Origin: Brevibacterium luteolum
GTDB taxonomy: Bacteria > Actinomycetota > Actinomycetes > Actinomycetales > Brevibacteriaceae
DNA length: 64,000 nt
Assembly (NCBI RefSeq): GCF_013004595.1
Contig: NZ_JABEMC010000005.1
Span: 1-64,000 of the forward strand
Direction: 5' to 3'
Each line of letters opens with the position of its first letter. Within the stretch, counting starts at the first letter, position 1. This document shows, piece after piece, positions 36,289-46,224 of this stretch. Position numbers and translations under genes: made by a program. Under the pieces are notes generated by a model. That model was given only the letters and a program-made list of their open reading frames with translations. It was not told the DNA's origin and did not search any database.

Positions 36289-37169
36289 GTCAGGCCGCGC
36301 AGGCGCAGGATGCCCTCCTGCATGTGGTCGCGTTCGGCCGTGAGCGCCTCGGCTGACGGGTAGGCCCGCTCAACCTGCTCGAAGACCGGTTCCATGCCTT
36401 CGGCCGACATATCCGGTTCGGCCACGTCGATCTGCGCGAACGACGGGCCGATGTGCTCCATGAGACCGCGGAACCCGGCTTCTCCCCCACCCAGGTGCAG
36501 GCCGCCGAACAGTCCGACGGCAGCCCAGCGCATGCCCAGTGCGTTCTTCAGCACCGTGTCGACATCTTCGGCACTGGCGATGCCGGCTTCGACGATGTGG
36601 GTGGCCTCGCGCAGCAGGGCGTTCTGCAGACGGTTGCCGACGAAACCGGGGGCTTCCTTCTCGAGCACGACCGGCACACGGCCCAAGGTGACGAGGAACT
36701 CGCGGAGGGCAGCCACCACCTCGGGCGCGGTGCGCTCACCGGGGACGACCTCGACCAGGGGCATGACGTGCGGCGGGTTGTACGGGTGGCTGATGAGGAT
36801 GCGGGCGGCTGCCTCGTCGGACAGACGCGCAGCGATCTTCGTCGGCAGCAGCGCGGAGGACGATGAGGCAAGCACACAGTCAGCCGGGGCGGCGTCGACG
36901 AGGTCAGCGAACATCTGGATTTTCGCTTCGAGGTTCTCCGGCCCGGACTCCTGCACCAGGTCAGCGCCGCCCACCGCCTCGGTCAGGCACTGGCAGACCT
37001 CGATCGGTGCCTCGGTCTCAGCGGCCAGCCTCTCGGCGACCGTGTCGAGATCCGGGCGGGGATCGAACAGGCGCACGCGGTGCCCGCGGGAGGCGAACAG
37101 CCTAGCCCAGGACAGGCCGATCGTGCCGGCGCCGATGATGGCGGCAGTCAACGGGGTCTCGGTGAGCAT
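36270..37169 (-). CDS. 3-hydroxyacyl-CoA dehydrogenase family (lambda-crystallin / carnitine dehydrogenase-like)
   Basis: GAGTIG, QESGPE, SSSSAL, HPYNPP, GFVGNRLQ. Confidence 0.88.
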   Translation of the reverse strand: MLTETPLTAAIIGAGTIGLSWARLFASRGHRVRLFDPRPDLDTVAERLAAETEAPIEVCQCLTEAVGGADLVQESGPENLEAKIQMFADLVDAAPADCVLASSSSALLPTKIAARLSDEAAARILISHPYNPPHVMPLVEVVPGERTAPEVVAALREFLVTLGRVPVVLEKEAPGFVGNRLQNALLREATHIVEAGIASAEDVDTVLKNALGMRWAAVGLFGGLHLGGGEAGFRGLMEHIGPSFAQIDVAEPDMSAEGMEPVFEQVERAYPSAEALTAERDHMQEGILRLRGLTQTAAR

Positions 37170-37270
37170 ATGGGCAAACGTACACCGCCGCCTGCCACAT
37201 TTCGACCCCGCCCGGCTCGCGGGACGGCCAGCACCCTGGCGGTAGTGCGCTGGCGTGGAATAATAAATCT

Positions 37271-38113
37271 ATGAGCAACGAGAACATCATCGCCGGAGCC
37301 GAGGAACAGCTCGCCCAGGCGCAGGAGTCAGCCGGTGTCGTCATGCGCTGCCTGCACACCGCCGCTGAGGCGGCCGAGGCCTCGCTGCTGCTCGATGAGG
37401 TGTGGAACGTCGGCAGAGCCGGCACCACCCAGCTCGAGCCCGGGCTCATCGTGGCGCTGGCCCATGCCGGCAACTACGTCGCCGGGGCCTTCGATGTTGA
37501 GGACGACTCGCTCATCGGCGTGACGATCGGGTTCTTCGGCCAGCCGCTGGGCAAGATGATGCACTCCCATATCGCCGGTGTGCGCCACGAACAGGTGGGC
37601 CGCGGCACCGGTGCAGCGATGAAGCTGCACCAGCGGCTGTGGTGCCTCAACCACGGGATCAAACAGATGACGTGGACGTTCGATCCGCTCATCGCCCGCA
37701 ACGCCTACTTCAATTTCAGCCGGCTCGGCGTCAATGCGCTGGACTATTACGAGGACTTCTACGGCCAGATGCGCGACGGCGTCAACGAGGGCCAGGCCTC
37801 AGACCGGATGCTCGTGTCCTGGCGGCTCGACCTGCCAAAGCGCCCGCCGCTGCCGGAGGCGCTGGAGAGCGCTGAGCCGGTCTTCGCACTCGACACCGTC
37901 GACGGTGAGCCGCGGCTGAGCGACGTGCCGCGCGAATGCGAGGTCGTCGGAGTGCGGATCCCCAGCGACATCGAATCGCTGCGCGGGGTCGACCCGGAGC
38001 TGGCGACCCGCTGGCGGATGGCGCTGCGCGACACGTTCACCGGCCTGATGGAAGACGGATGGGAGATCGTCACCTGCCGCCGCGACGGGGTGTACCTGCT
38101 GACGCACCCGTGA
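37271..38113 (+). CDS. GNAT acyltransferase (type usually linked to OSBS/N-succinylamino-acid racemase operons)
   Basis: HSHIAGV, GRGTG, WTFDPLIARNAYFN, FYGQMRDGVN, SDRMLVSW. Confidence 0.8.
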   Translation: MSNENIIAGAEEQLAQAQESAGVVMRCLHTAAEAAEASLLLDEVWNVGRAGTTQLEPGLIVALAHAGNYVAGAFDVEDDSLIGVTIGFFGQPLGKMMHSHIAGVRHEQVGRGTGAAMKLHQRLWCLNHGIKQMTWTFDPLIARNAYFNFSRLGVNALDYYEDFYGQMRDGVNEGQASDRMLVSWRLDLPKRPPLPEALESAEPVFALDTVDGEPRLSDVPRECEVVGVRIPSDIESLRGVDPELATRWRMALRDTFTGLMEDGWEIVTCRRDGVYLLTHP

Positions 38114-38250
38114 CGGGTGAGCTGGCGCAGCCAGTCTGCGAGCCTGCGATCTGCGCGCCTGTGCTTCCGGGCAGAAGTCCGGTCACAAAGTGACGGTCCC
38201 GGGTACGGATCAGGGGCAATATTCGACCAGTCTTTGGGCCGAGAAGAGTG

Positions 38251-38302
38251 AGAGGAGCCATCCTCCCGATTCCTGATTGGGTATCGGAAGGATGGCTTCT
38301 CT
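38251..38302. terminator. Long hairpin between convergent genes
   Basis: AGAGGAGCCATCC.../...GGATGGCTTCTCT. Confidence 0.6.
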
Positions 38303-38312
38303 GTGTCTGGGG

Positions 38313-39938
38313 TCAGTCCTGCTGCTGGTGCTGACTGCGCAGCAGCTTCTTGTCCAGCTTGCCCACTGAGGTGCGCGGCAGCTCCTCGCAGAAGACGACG
38401 TCATCGGGCAGCTGCCACTTGGCGAACCGGTCGGCGAGGACGGCGAGGATGCTGTCCTTCGTCACACCGTCCTCGCGGGCGACGACATAGGCGACTGGGC
38501 GCTCATCCCACTTGGGGTCGGGCACCGCGATGACCGCGGCCTCGGCGACCTGCGGGTGATCGAGCAGCGCATTCTCCATGTCGATCGAGGAGATCCACTC
38601 ACCACCGGACTTGATGACGTCCTTGAGGCGGTCGGTGAGCTTGAGGTAGCCCTGCTCGGTCAGCAGTCCGGCGTCTCCGGAGCGCCACCAGCCGTCCGTG
38701 AACCTCTCGGCGCTGTCGTCGAGGTTGTGGTAGCTGCTCGTGATCCAGGGTCCGCGGAAGAGGACCTCGCCCTGTTCACCGGCCGGCACCTCGGCTCCGG
38801 CCGGGTCGACGATCTTGACGTCGATGCCGGTGACCGGCACACCTTGGTAGCGCTGCAAATCCCACACCTCGTCCTCGCTGAGCTCCATACCGGGCTTGAG
38901 ATGCCAGTTGACGGTCACCAGCGGCGTCGTCTCCGTCGCACCGTAGGCGTGGATGACCTTGACGCCGGTGAGGTCGGTCAGACCCTTGAGCAGCGCCAGG
39001 GGCGGTTCGCTGGCACCGGAGACCACCCGGGTGCTGGAGAGGTCCGGCGGGGTGTCGAGGGCCTTGAAATGCTCGAACAGCGGAGTCAGCAGGGCCGGTG
39101 CTGCGTTGGCGACGGTGACACCGAAACGGGTGAACCCTTCGGCCACCGGGGTGATATCCGCAGCAGCGAAGCGGCCCGGCAGCACGACTCCGGCGCCGGC
39201 GGCCAGCGCAGTCTGGGGGAAGCCCCAGGAGATGACGTGGAACATCGGCGTGATCGGCATGACGACGTCGGTGTAGTCGACCTGAAGGGCAGCCAGTGAG
39301 GCCATCGTGTGCAGATACATGCCGCGGTGGGAGTAGAACACCCCCTTGGGCTTGCCGGTCGTGCCGGTGGTGTAGCCGGCATAGGCGGCGGTGTTCTCGT
39401 CGATGACCTGCCAGTCGTAGTCGGTGGGCTTGCCGGAGATGAGCTCCTCATAGGAGTACACGTTCTCCAGGCTCGTCTCGATCTGATCCAGCGGCTTGTC
39501 CGTGAGCACCACCCAGCCCTTGACGTAGGTCGATGGGGCGAACGCCTCGGCCAGCGGCAGCAGCGATTCGTCGACGAAGACCCAGTCGGTCTGCGAATGG
39601 TTGACGACATAGGCGAGGTCGGGGACCGCCAGGCGCAGATTCAGCTGCAGCATCGTCGCCGCCACGCACGGCACACCGAAGTACAGCTCGAAGTGGCGGC
39701 GGGAGTTCCAGTCCATGACCCCGACGGTGCTGCCGGCACCGATCCCGAGCTCATCAAGGGCGTGGGCGAGCTGGCTGATGCGGGCGTACTCTTCGCCGTA
39801 GTCCGACTGGTGCCACTGACCGGCCAGATCGCGGTAGGTCACCGGTGCATCGGAGAACGTCCGGTTGGCATGCCGGAGGAAGGTAGTGAGGTTGAGCTGG
39901 TAGTCATCGCCCATGGTCGAGCGGTTGCCGGTGAGCAT
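38313..39938 (-). CDS. Fatty-acid--CoA ligase (AMP-binding family)
   Basis: YTTGTTGKPKG, YGATET, SGD, DRLKDVIKSGGEWISS, PRTSVGK. Confidence 0.92.
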   Translation of the reverse strand: MLTGNRSTMGDDYQLNLTTFLRHANRTFSDAPVTYRDLAGQWHQSDYGEEYARISQLAHALDELGIGAGSTVGVMDWNSRRHFELYFGVPCVAATMLQLNLRLAVPDLAYVVNHSQTDWVFVDESLLPLAEAFAPSTYVKGWVVLTDKPLDQIETSLENVYSYEELISGKPTDYDWQVIDENTAAYAGYTTGTTGKPKGVFYSHRGMYLHTMASLAALQVDYTDVVMPITPMFHVISWGFPQTALAAGAGVVLPGRFAAADITPVAEGFTRFGVTVANAAPALLTPLFEHFKALDTPPDLSSTRVVSGASEPPLALLKGLTDLTGVKVIHAYGATETTPLVTVNWHLKPGMELSEDEVWDLQRYQGVPVTGIDVKIVDPAGAEVPAGEQGEVLFRGPWITSSYHNLDDSAERFTDGWWRSGDAGLLTEQGYLKLTDRLKDVIKSGGEWISSIDMENALLDHPQVAEAAVIAVPDPKWDERPVAYVVAREDGVTKDSILAVLADRFAKWQLPDDVVFCEELPRTSVGKLDKKLLRSQHQQQD

Positions 39939-39990
39939 GAGGGTGTGCCTTTCATGTCATGCGAGTGGTGCGGGTGCAGCGGCTGAAACG

Positions 39991-40755
39991 TCAGGAGCCG
40001 CGGAATTCCGGGGTGCGCTTGGCGAGGAACGCCGTGACGCCTTCGGCGGCATCGGCGGAGTCCTTGAGCATGTCCTGGCCGGTGGCCTCGCGGTTCAGGG
40101 CTGCGTCGAGTTCGTGCAGGGTTGCCTGGTTGATCGCCCATTCGGTCTCGCCGAGTGCCAGGGTGGGGCCGGCGGCGAGCTGGGAGGCGATCTCCTGTGC
40201 CCGGGTGAGGTACGCCTCGGGTGCGGTGACCTCGGTGGCCAGGCCCCAGTCGTAGGCCCGGGCGGCGTGGACCTTCTCGCCGGTCAGGGCCATGCGCAGG
40301 GCACGGTGGCGGCCGGCGGAGGCGGCGACGAGTGCGGTCGAGCCGCCGTCGGGCATGAGGCCGATGCGGGTGAAGGCGAGCATGAGGTAGGACTTCTCGC
40401 TCATGATGACGTAGTCACAGATGAGCGCGAACGAGCAGCCGACACCGGCGGCCGGGCCGGAGACGGCGGCGACGGTGGGCACGCGCAGGTCGCGGATCTT
40501 GCCGATCGCCTCGTTGATGACGTCGAGGCCGACGCCCTTGAGCTCGCCGTCGGTCATCGCTGAGACGTCAGCTCCGGAGCAGAAGGCGCGTGCATCGCCG
40601 GTGAGGATGACGGCCCGGGCCTCTTCAGCGGCGCGGTCGAGGGCTTCATTCAGCGCGATGACGGTGTCGCGGGTGAGCGCGTTGAGCGCCTGTGGGCGGT
40701 TGATGCGGATTGTCATGACGCCGGCGTCGAGGGTGACGTCGAGCTCCTCAGCCAT
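39991..40755 (-). CDS. Enoyl-CoA hydratase/isomerase family protein
   Basis: NRPQALNAL, AFCSGAD, GPAAGVG, IGLMPDGG, AEGVTAFLAKRTP. Confidence 0.9.
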   Translation of the reverse strand: MAEELDVTLDAGVMTIRINRPQALNALTRDTVIALNEALDRAAEEARAVILTGDARAFCSGADVSAMTDGELKGVGLDVINEAIGKIRDLRVPTVAAVSGPAAGVGCSFALICDYVIMSEKSYLMLAFTRIGLMPDGGSTALVAASAGRHRALRMALTGEKVHAARAYDWGLATEVTAPEAYLTRAQEIASQLAAGPTLALGETEWAINQATLHELDAALNREATGQDMLKDSADAAEGVTAFLAKRTPEFRGS

Positions 40756-41725
40756 GGGTGTCCTCCTGAATGTCGAGAATGACTTTGCCGATCACCGAGC
40801 GGTTCTCCAGTTCGGTGATCGCCGCAGCGGCCTGGTCGAGGCTGAAGCGGGCGTGGATGTGGGGGTTGAGCTGGCCGTTTGCGAGGTATTCGCGCAGGTG
40901 GGCCCACTGCTTCTGGGCCATGAGCGGGTCGGACGGCAGGGCTGCGCCCCAGCCGACACCGGCGACGGAGATGTTGTTGAGCAGCAGCCGGTTGACCTTG
41001 ACTTCCGGGATCGAGCCTGCGGTGAAGCCGAGCACGAGCAGTGTGCCGAAGCGGGCCAGACACCGCAGGGAGTCGGTGAAGCGGTCCCCGCCGACCGGGT
41101 CGACGACGACGTCGACGCCGCGCGGGGCGACGTCCTTGACGGCGTCTTTGAAGCCGTCGGCGCCCACGACGTGCTGGGCGCCGAGTTCGGTGACCATCGC
41201 AGCCTTCTCATCACTGGAGACCACCGCGATGACCTCAGCCCCCATGGCCAGGGCGATCTGCACGCAGGCCGAGCCGAGGCCGCCGGCCGCACCGTGGATG
41301 AGGACGCGCTGACCCGGCTGGAGGTTCCCGCGGGTGCGCAGGGCGAAGTCGGCGGTCAGGACGTTCATCGGCATCCCCGCCGCAGCCTTCAAGGAGACCT
41401 CCTCAGGCAGGGGCAGAACCATCGCCTCGGGTGCGGTGGCGAATTGGGCGAAGGCCCCGTTCGGGATGATCGCAGCGACCCGGTCACCGGGGGCGAAGCG
41501 GGAGGAACGGGATTCGACGACGGTGCCGGCGAGTTCGGACCCGAGGATGAAGGGCGGTTCGTGCTTCGTCTGGTACTGCCCGTATGTCTGGAGCAGCTCG
41601 GGGAAGGTAACCCCGGCGCAGGCGACCTCGATGAGGACTTCGCCCTCGGTCGGGGACGGTGCGGGTGCGTCCTGCAGCTCGACTGCGCCCGGGCCGTCGA
41701 GGCGGGTGACGTGGATGGCCTTCAT
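40748..41725 (-). CDS. NADPH:quinone oxidoreductase family (MDR)
   Basis: GQYQ, LGSELAG, HGAAGGLG, DPVGG, VNRLLLNN. Confidence 0.9.
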   Translation of the reverse strand: MKAIHVTRLDGPGAVELQDAPAPSPTEGEVLIEVACAGVTFPELLQTYGQYQTKHEPPFILGSELAGTVVESRSSRFAPGDRVAAIIPNGAFAQFATAPEAMVLPLPEEVSLKAAAGMPMNVLTADFALRTRGNLQPGQRVLIHGAAGGLGSACVQIALAMGAEVIAVVSSDEKAAMVTELGAQHVVGADGFKDAVKDVAPRGVDVVVDPVGGDRFTDSLRCLARFGTLLVLGFTAGSIPEVKVNRLLLNNISVAGVGWGAALPSDPLMAQKQWAHLREYLANGQLNPHIHARFSLDQAAAAITELENRSVIGKVILDIQEDTHG

Positions 41726-41807
41726 ACTCTCCCTTTTCGCCGTGAGACTGTGCCGGCAGGGCGTGTGCGCCCTTGCCACGGTCGATGCCGGCAGCTAGAT
41801 TGAATCC

Positions 41808-41827
41808 GGTATCGAACGATTGTTCAG
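41808..41827. promoter_or_regulatory. Putative repressor operator in the divergent qor/thioesterase promoter
   Basis: CGAACGATTGTTCAG is palindrome-like; its reverse complement CTGAACAATCGTT matches the site at 43938. Confidence 0.6.
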
Positions 41828-41891
41828 CAGACTACTGGCTTGATCTGTCTCACACAAGAAGAGACGGGACGCAAAGCCTGCGAGGAGTGAG

Positions 41892-42533
41892 ATGAACCGT
41901 CACCGTCAGTCCCACGTCACCCCCTATATCGCCCACACAGCGGAGCTGACCCGCGAGCTCATCGACGTGCTCGTGGCCACCGGTGACGAGGCGGCTGTGG
42001 CCGCACGGGTCGGGGAGCTGGCCGGGCAGCTTCAGGCACTGGCCGCCGATCCGTCGCAGGCGGCACCGTCGCACGGCGCCCGAGAGTCCTATCTGCCCAA
42101 CGACCGCAGCCCGGTGACCTCGCTGCGCAACCCGATCGCCCCGCCGATGGAGCTCAGCTATTCAGACGGCCGCGCCGAGGGCACCGTGACGCTGAGCGCA
42201 CCCTATGAGGGCCCACCGCAGCGAGCGCACGGCGGGGTCGTGGCGATGCTGCTCGATCACGTCATGGGAGCTGCCGCCAACACTGATGCCCCGCCGCCGG
42301 CGCTGACCCGGATGCTGTCGATCGACTACTTCGACGGCACCCCGCTCGGCACCGAGGTCACTGTCGTCGCCTGGGTCGACCAGGTTGAGGGCCGCAAGAA
42401 GCACATGGTCGGCGAGATCCGGCACGATGGCAAGGTGTGCGCGCGCTCGACCGGGCTGTGGATCGACCTGCCGGCCGAGGTGTACGAGAAGGCCTTCGCC
42501 GAGGCCGGACTCGCCCCGGAATCATTCGCCTGA
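41892..42533 (+). CDS. PaaI family thioesterase
   Basis: NPIAPP, YEGPP..AHGGVVAMLLDHVMG hotdog motif; GAGGAG RBS. Confidence 0.88.
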   Translation: MNRHRQSHVTPYIAHTAELTRELIDVLVATGDEAAVAARVGELAGQLQALAADPSQAAPSHGARESYLPNDRSPVTSLRNPIAPPMELSYSDGRAEGTVTLSAPYEGPPQRAHGGVVAMLLDHVMGAAANTDAPPPALTRMLSIDYFDGTPLGTEVTVVAWVDQVEGRKKHMVGEIRHDGKVCARSTGLWIDLPAEVYEKAFAEAGLAPESFA

Positions 42534-42542
42534 CCACCACAG

Positions 42543-42598
42543 TGTGACCCCGGTCGCAGAGGCCGGTTAGCGGCTGGCTACAGTTGAGCTCGGTCACA
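42543..42598. promoter_or_regulatory. Two CRP/GlxR-like boxes upstream of the thiolase
   Basis: TGTGA-CCCCGG-TCGCA (42543-42558) and GTTGA-GCTCGG-TCACA (42583-42598). Confidence 0.55.
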
Positions 42599-42627
42599 CT
42601 CACTGCACCGCCGACGAAGGAGCCCAC

Positions 42628-43770
42628 ATGAACGACGCAGTCATCGTCGCCGCCCGCCGCACCCCGACCGGTAAGCGCGAAGGCGTGCTCTCCGGCATCC
42701 ACCCCGCTGACCTTTCGGCCGTCGTGATCGAGGACCTCGTGACGACCACCGGCATCGACCCGGTCGTCATCGACGATGTCATCTGGGGCAATGTCACTCA
42801 GGCCGGCGAACAGACCGGTGACATCGCCCGCACCGCAGCCCTGTCAGCCGGCCTGCCGGAGTCGGTGCCCGGCGTCACAGTGGACCGCCAGTGCGGCTCG
42901 TCACAGCAGTCGGTGCACTTCGCCGCCGCCGGACTCATCGCCGGCCACTACGACGCCGTCATCGCCGGTGGCGTCGAGTCGATGTCGCGCAACCCGATGG
43001 GCTCCTCGCTCATGGGCAAGAGCCCCTACGGCGAGCGCTTCCTCGCCCGCTACGACGGTGTGTTCCCCAACCAGGGGATCGGCGCAGAGATGATCGCCGA
43101 GCAGTGGGGTTTCGACCGCACGCAGCTCGATGAGTTCGCCATCGAATCCCACGAACGCGCAGCCGCAGCCACTGATGCCGGTGCCTTCGAATCGCAGATC
43201 GTGCCGGTCGAGACCGAGCACGGCACCATCACCGCTGATGAGGGCATCCGCCGCGGAGGCACCGTCGAGGGCCTGGCGAAGCTCAAGACCGTCTTCCGCG
43301 AAGACGGTGTCATCACCGCCGGCAACGCCTCCCAGATCTCCGACGGCGCAGCAGCCCTGCTCATGATGACCTCGGAGAAGGCCCGCGAGCTCGGGCTCAC
43401 GCCGATCGCCCGCGTGCACACCGCGGTGCTGGCTGGAACTGATCCGGTCATCATGCTCACCGGCCCGATCCCAGCGACCCAGAAGGCGCTCAGACGCTCG
43501 GGGCTGTCGATGTCGGACATCGGCGTCTTCGAAGTCAACGAGGCCTTCGCCTCGGTGCCGCTGGCCTGGGCCAAGGACCTCGAGGCAGACACGAAGCTCA
43601 TGAACCCCAACGGCGGTGCGATCGCGCTGGGCCACCCGCTCGGCGGCTCGGGCGCGCGCCTCATGACGACGATGGTCCACCACATGGCCGACAAGGGCAT
43701 CAGGTACGGCCTGCAGACGATGTGCGAAGGCGGCGGCCAGGCCAACGCCACCATTCTCGAACTCCTCTGA
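42628..43770 (+). CDS. Acetyl-CoA C-acyltransferase (thiolase)
   Basis: DRQCGSSQQ, NASQISDGA, NEAFA, GGAIALGHPLG, TMCEGGG. Confidence 0.95.
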   Translation: MNDAVIVAARRTPTGKREGVLSGIHPADLSAVVIEDLVTTTGIDPVVIDDVIWGNVTQAGEQTGDIARTAALSAGLPESVPGVTVDRQCGSSQQSVHFAAAGLIAGHYDAVIAGGVESMSRNPMGSSLMGKSPYGERFLARYDGVFPNQGIGAEMIAEQWGFDRTQLDEFAIESHERAAAATDAGAFESQIVPVETEHGTITADEGIRRGGTVEGLAKLKTVFREDGVITAGNASQISDGAAALLMMTSEKARELGLTPIARVHTAVLAGTDPVIMLTGPIPATQKALRRSGLSMSDIGVFEVNEAFASVPLAWAKDLEADTKLMNPNGGAIALGHPLGGSGARLMTTMVHHMADKGIRYGLQTMCEGGGQANATILELL

Positions 43771-43926
43771 CACCACGCCCGAGGCACAGCTGGAAACCCA
43801 GCCACCGCCTCGGGCGCGGCACCGTCACCGGTACGGCCGGGGCAGCAGGACTGCCCCGGCCGCTGCCGTCTCATCAAGCCTGCGGCGGCCACCTGTCTCG
43901 ACTGTGTCACAGGTCATAGAAAGTTC

Positions 43927-43961
43927 TTGAAAACTGGCTGAACAATCATTAACTTGATACC
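43927..43961 (+). promoter_or_regulatory. TRAP operon promoter with an operator in the spacer
   Basis: TTGAAA-17 nt-TAACTT; the spacer holds CTGAACAATCATT; CRP-like TGTGT-N6-TCATA just upstream (43903-43918). Confidence 0.55.
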
Positions 43962-44036
43962 AGCGTCAACTTCAGCTGACGCCGCGGCGCCCGCAGCAGC
44001 GGGCGACGAACCGTGAGACGAACCGAGGTGACACTG

Positions 44037-44573
44037 GTGTCCAGGCTCAACGCGCTGCTCGACAGATCCCTGTCGGTCCTGACCGCGATCGCCGTCGTGC
44101 TCATGATGGCCCACATCGTCATCCACGCACTGTCGCGGTTCCTCTTCAACGCCCCGATCTTCGGCACCAACGAGATCGTCGCTTTCTGGTACCTGCCCTT
44201 CGTCGCACTCCTCGGGATCCCGGCCGCACAGCTGCAGAAGGAGCACATCACTGTCTCCCTCCTCTCAGATCGGCTCGCCCCGCTGCCGCAGGCGATCACG
44301 AAGATCTTCGGTTACGCCCTCGGCGCGCTTGTCAGCGTCGGGTTCGCGTGGTTCGGGCTCAAGGAGGCGCTCAAGCGCATGGACATGGGCGCGACTGCCG
44401 GGGTCACCGACATCATCGCCTGGCCGGTGTACTTCCTCGTCCCGGTCGTGTTCGCCATGCTCGCCGCACTGTTCGTCGTCGACATCATCATCACCGCCCG
44501 CACCCGCAATCCCGAGGTCAATCCGCTCACCGGTGAGACGGCCGAACGGGACATCGAAGAGACCATCATCTGA
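44037..44573 (+). CDS. dctQ: TRAP transporter small permease
   Basis: Four TM helices, PIFGTNEI, HITVSLL; GAGGTG RBS. Confidence 0.85.
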   Translation: MSRLNALLDRSLSVLTAIAVVLMMAHIVIHALSRFLFNAPIFGTNEIVAFWYLPFVALLGIPAAQLQKEHITVSLLSDRLAPLPQAITKIFGYALGALVSVGFAWFGLKEALKRMDMGATAGVTDIIAWPVYFLVPVVFAMLAALFVVDIIITARTRNPEVNPLTGETAERDIEETII

Positions 44574-44581
44574 GGCAGGCC

Positions 44582-46096
44582 ATGACCATCTCCCCCGCTC
44601 AGCTGCTGCCCGCCGACAAGAAGGCCGAGGCGCGTGCCGCCCACGCAGCCCGCACCGGCCGCGGCAGCTGGCTGACTCTCGGCATCGGCCTGGCGCTCTT
44701 CGCCGGCTGCCTCGCCGGACTGTTCACCAGCCCCACCCCGCAGATCGCCGGCATGTGGTGCATTGCGATGATGCTCATCCTGCTCTTCCTCGCCGTGCCT
44801 GCTGCGATCGCGCTCGCGGCGCCCAGCCTTATCGGCGTCTATGCGCTCTCCGGCATCCCAGCCACCGTCAACATCCTCTCGACCTCGCCGTTCCATTCGG
44901 TCTCGCAGTGGTCGTACTCGGTGCTGCCGATGTTCATCTTCATGGGCATGTTGCTGACCCAGTCGGGGCTGACGTCGAAGATCTACCGGGCTGCCGATCA
45001 CTGGTTCTCGTGGCTGCCCGGCGGCATCGGCATCGGCACGACCGCCGCCGGTGCAGGCCTGTCCTCGGTATCCGGCTCGACGATCGGCATGACATATGCG
45101 CTTGGCCGGGCCGGCATCCCGGAGATGCTGCGTGCCGGCTATGACCGGCGGGTGGCCGTGGGCACCGTCATCGTCGCCGGTCTGCCCGGCAACCTCATCC
45201 CGCCTTCGATCCTGCTCGTCGTCTACGCCGGCATCGCCTCGGTGCCGGTCGGCCCGCAGCTCATCGCCGGCACCCTGCCGGGCATCCTGCTGGCGGTCAC
45301 CTTCGCCGTCTTCATCTTCCTCCTCGGGCTCTTCGCCCCGGCTCTGGTGGGCAAGGGCACAGCCACCGGCACCGAGGCGGTGGCCTCGACCTGGCGGGAC
45401 CGGTTCCGTTCCCTTGGTGACATCTGGGGCTTCCCACTCATCCTCATCGTGCTCTTCGGCGGCATGTTCTCCGGTGCCTTCACCCCGACCGAGGCCGGTG
45501 CGGCCGCCGCATTCGCAGCCCTGCTGCTGTGCCTGCTCTACACCCGCCGCGACAAGCCGCTCGCCCGCGTGTCGCAGGCTGCGATCTCGACTGTGAGTGC
45601 GACCGCTGCGATCTTCTTCATCATGATCGGCGCAGAAATGCTGACCAAGCTGCTGGCCATCACCGGCCTGGCGCCGATGATCACCGGGTTCATCACCGAC
45701 CTCGGGCTCTCGCGCATCAGCTTCCTGCTCGTGCTCGTGGTCGTCTACCTCATCATGGGCATGTTCTTCGACACCCTGTCGATGATGCTGCTGACGATCC
45801 CGATCCTGCTGCCGACCCTCGACGCGATGGACGTCTCGGCGCTGTGGTTCGGGGTCTTCGTCGTCCTGCTGGGCGAACTCGGCATGATCACCCCGCCGGT
45901 GGGCATCCTCTCCTACATCGTGCACAACATCACGAAGGCACCGGAGGTCAACCTCGGGCACACGATCACCCTCAAGGACGTGTTCACCGCCCTGCTGTGG
46001 TTCCTGCCCATCGCCGTGCTGTTCCTCGCCCTCATGATCCTCTTCCCGGAGATGGCGACCTGGCTGCCGGCGCAGATGAACCCAGCCGGCGGCTGA
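44582..46096 (+). CDS. dctM: TRAP transporter large permease
   Basis: LPMFIFMG, SGST, LIPPS, FTPTEAG, GMITPPVG. Confidence 0.92.
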   Translation: MTISPAQLLPADKKAEARAAHAARTGRGSWLTLGIGLALFAGCLAGLFTSPTPQIAGMWCIAMMLILLFLAVPAAIALAAPSLIGVYALSGIPATVNILSTSPFHSVSQWSYSVLPMFIFMGMLLTQSGLTSKIYRAADHWFSWLPGGIGIGTTAAGAGLSSVSGSTIGMTYALGRAGIPEMLRAGYDRRVAVGTVIVAGLPGNLIPPSILLVVYAGIASVPVGPQLIAGTLPGILLAVTFAVFIFLLGLFAPALVGKGTATGTEAVASTWRDRFRSLGDIWGFPLILIVLFGGMFSGAFTPTEAGAAAAFAALLLCLLYTRRDKPLARVSQAAISTVSATAAIFFIMIGAEMLTKLLAITGLAPMITGFITDLGLSRISFLLVLVVVYLIMGMFFDTLSMMLLTIPILLPTLDAMDVSALWFGVFVVLLGELGMITPPVGILSYIVHNITKAPEVNLGHTITLKDVFTALLWFLPIAVLFLALMILFPEMATWLPAQMNPAGG

Positions 46097-46224
46097 CGAT
46101 GACTTCCCGGCCCAACCGTTCGGTCTGCTGCCACCCGGCGCCAGACCCCGACCCACACCGCCGGCAGCGTTGCCGGCACAGCCTGCCGGGGCTTGACCCG
46201 GCGCAGCAAGAGAAGGAGACTCTC

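Noticed and set aside
45529..46224. N-terminal extension giving a 661-aa DctP
   Set aside because: It overlaps dctM out of frame; the RBS, GTG at 46225 and lipobox define the real start.
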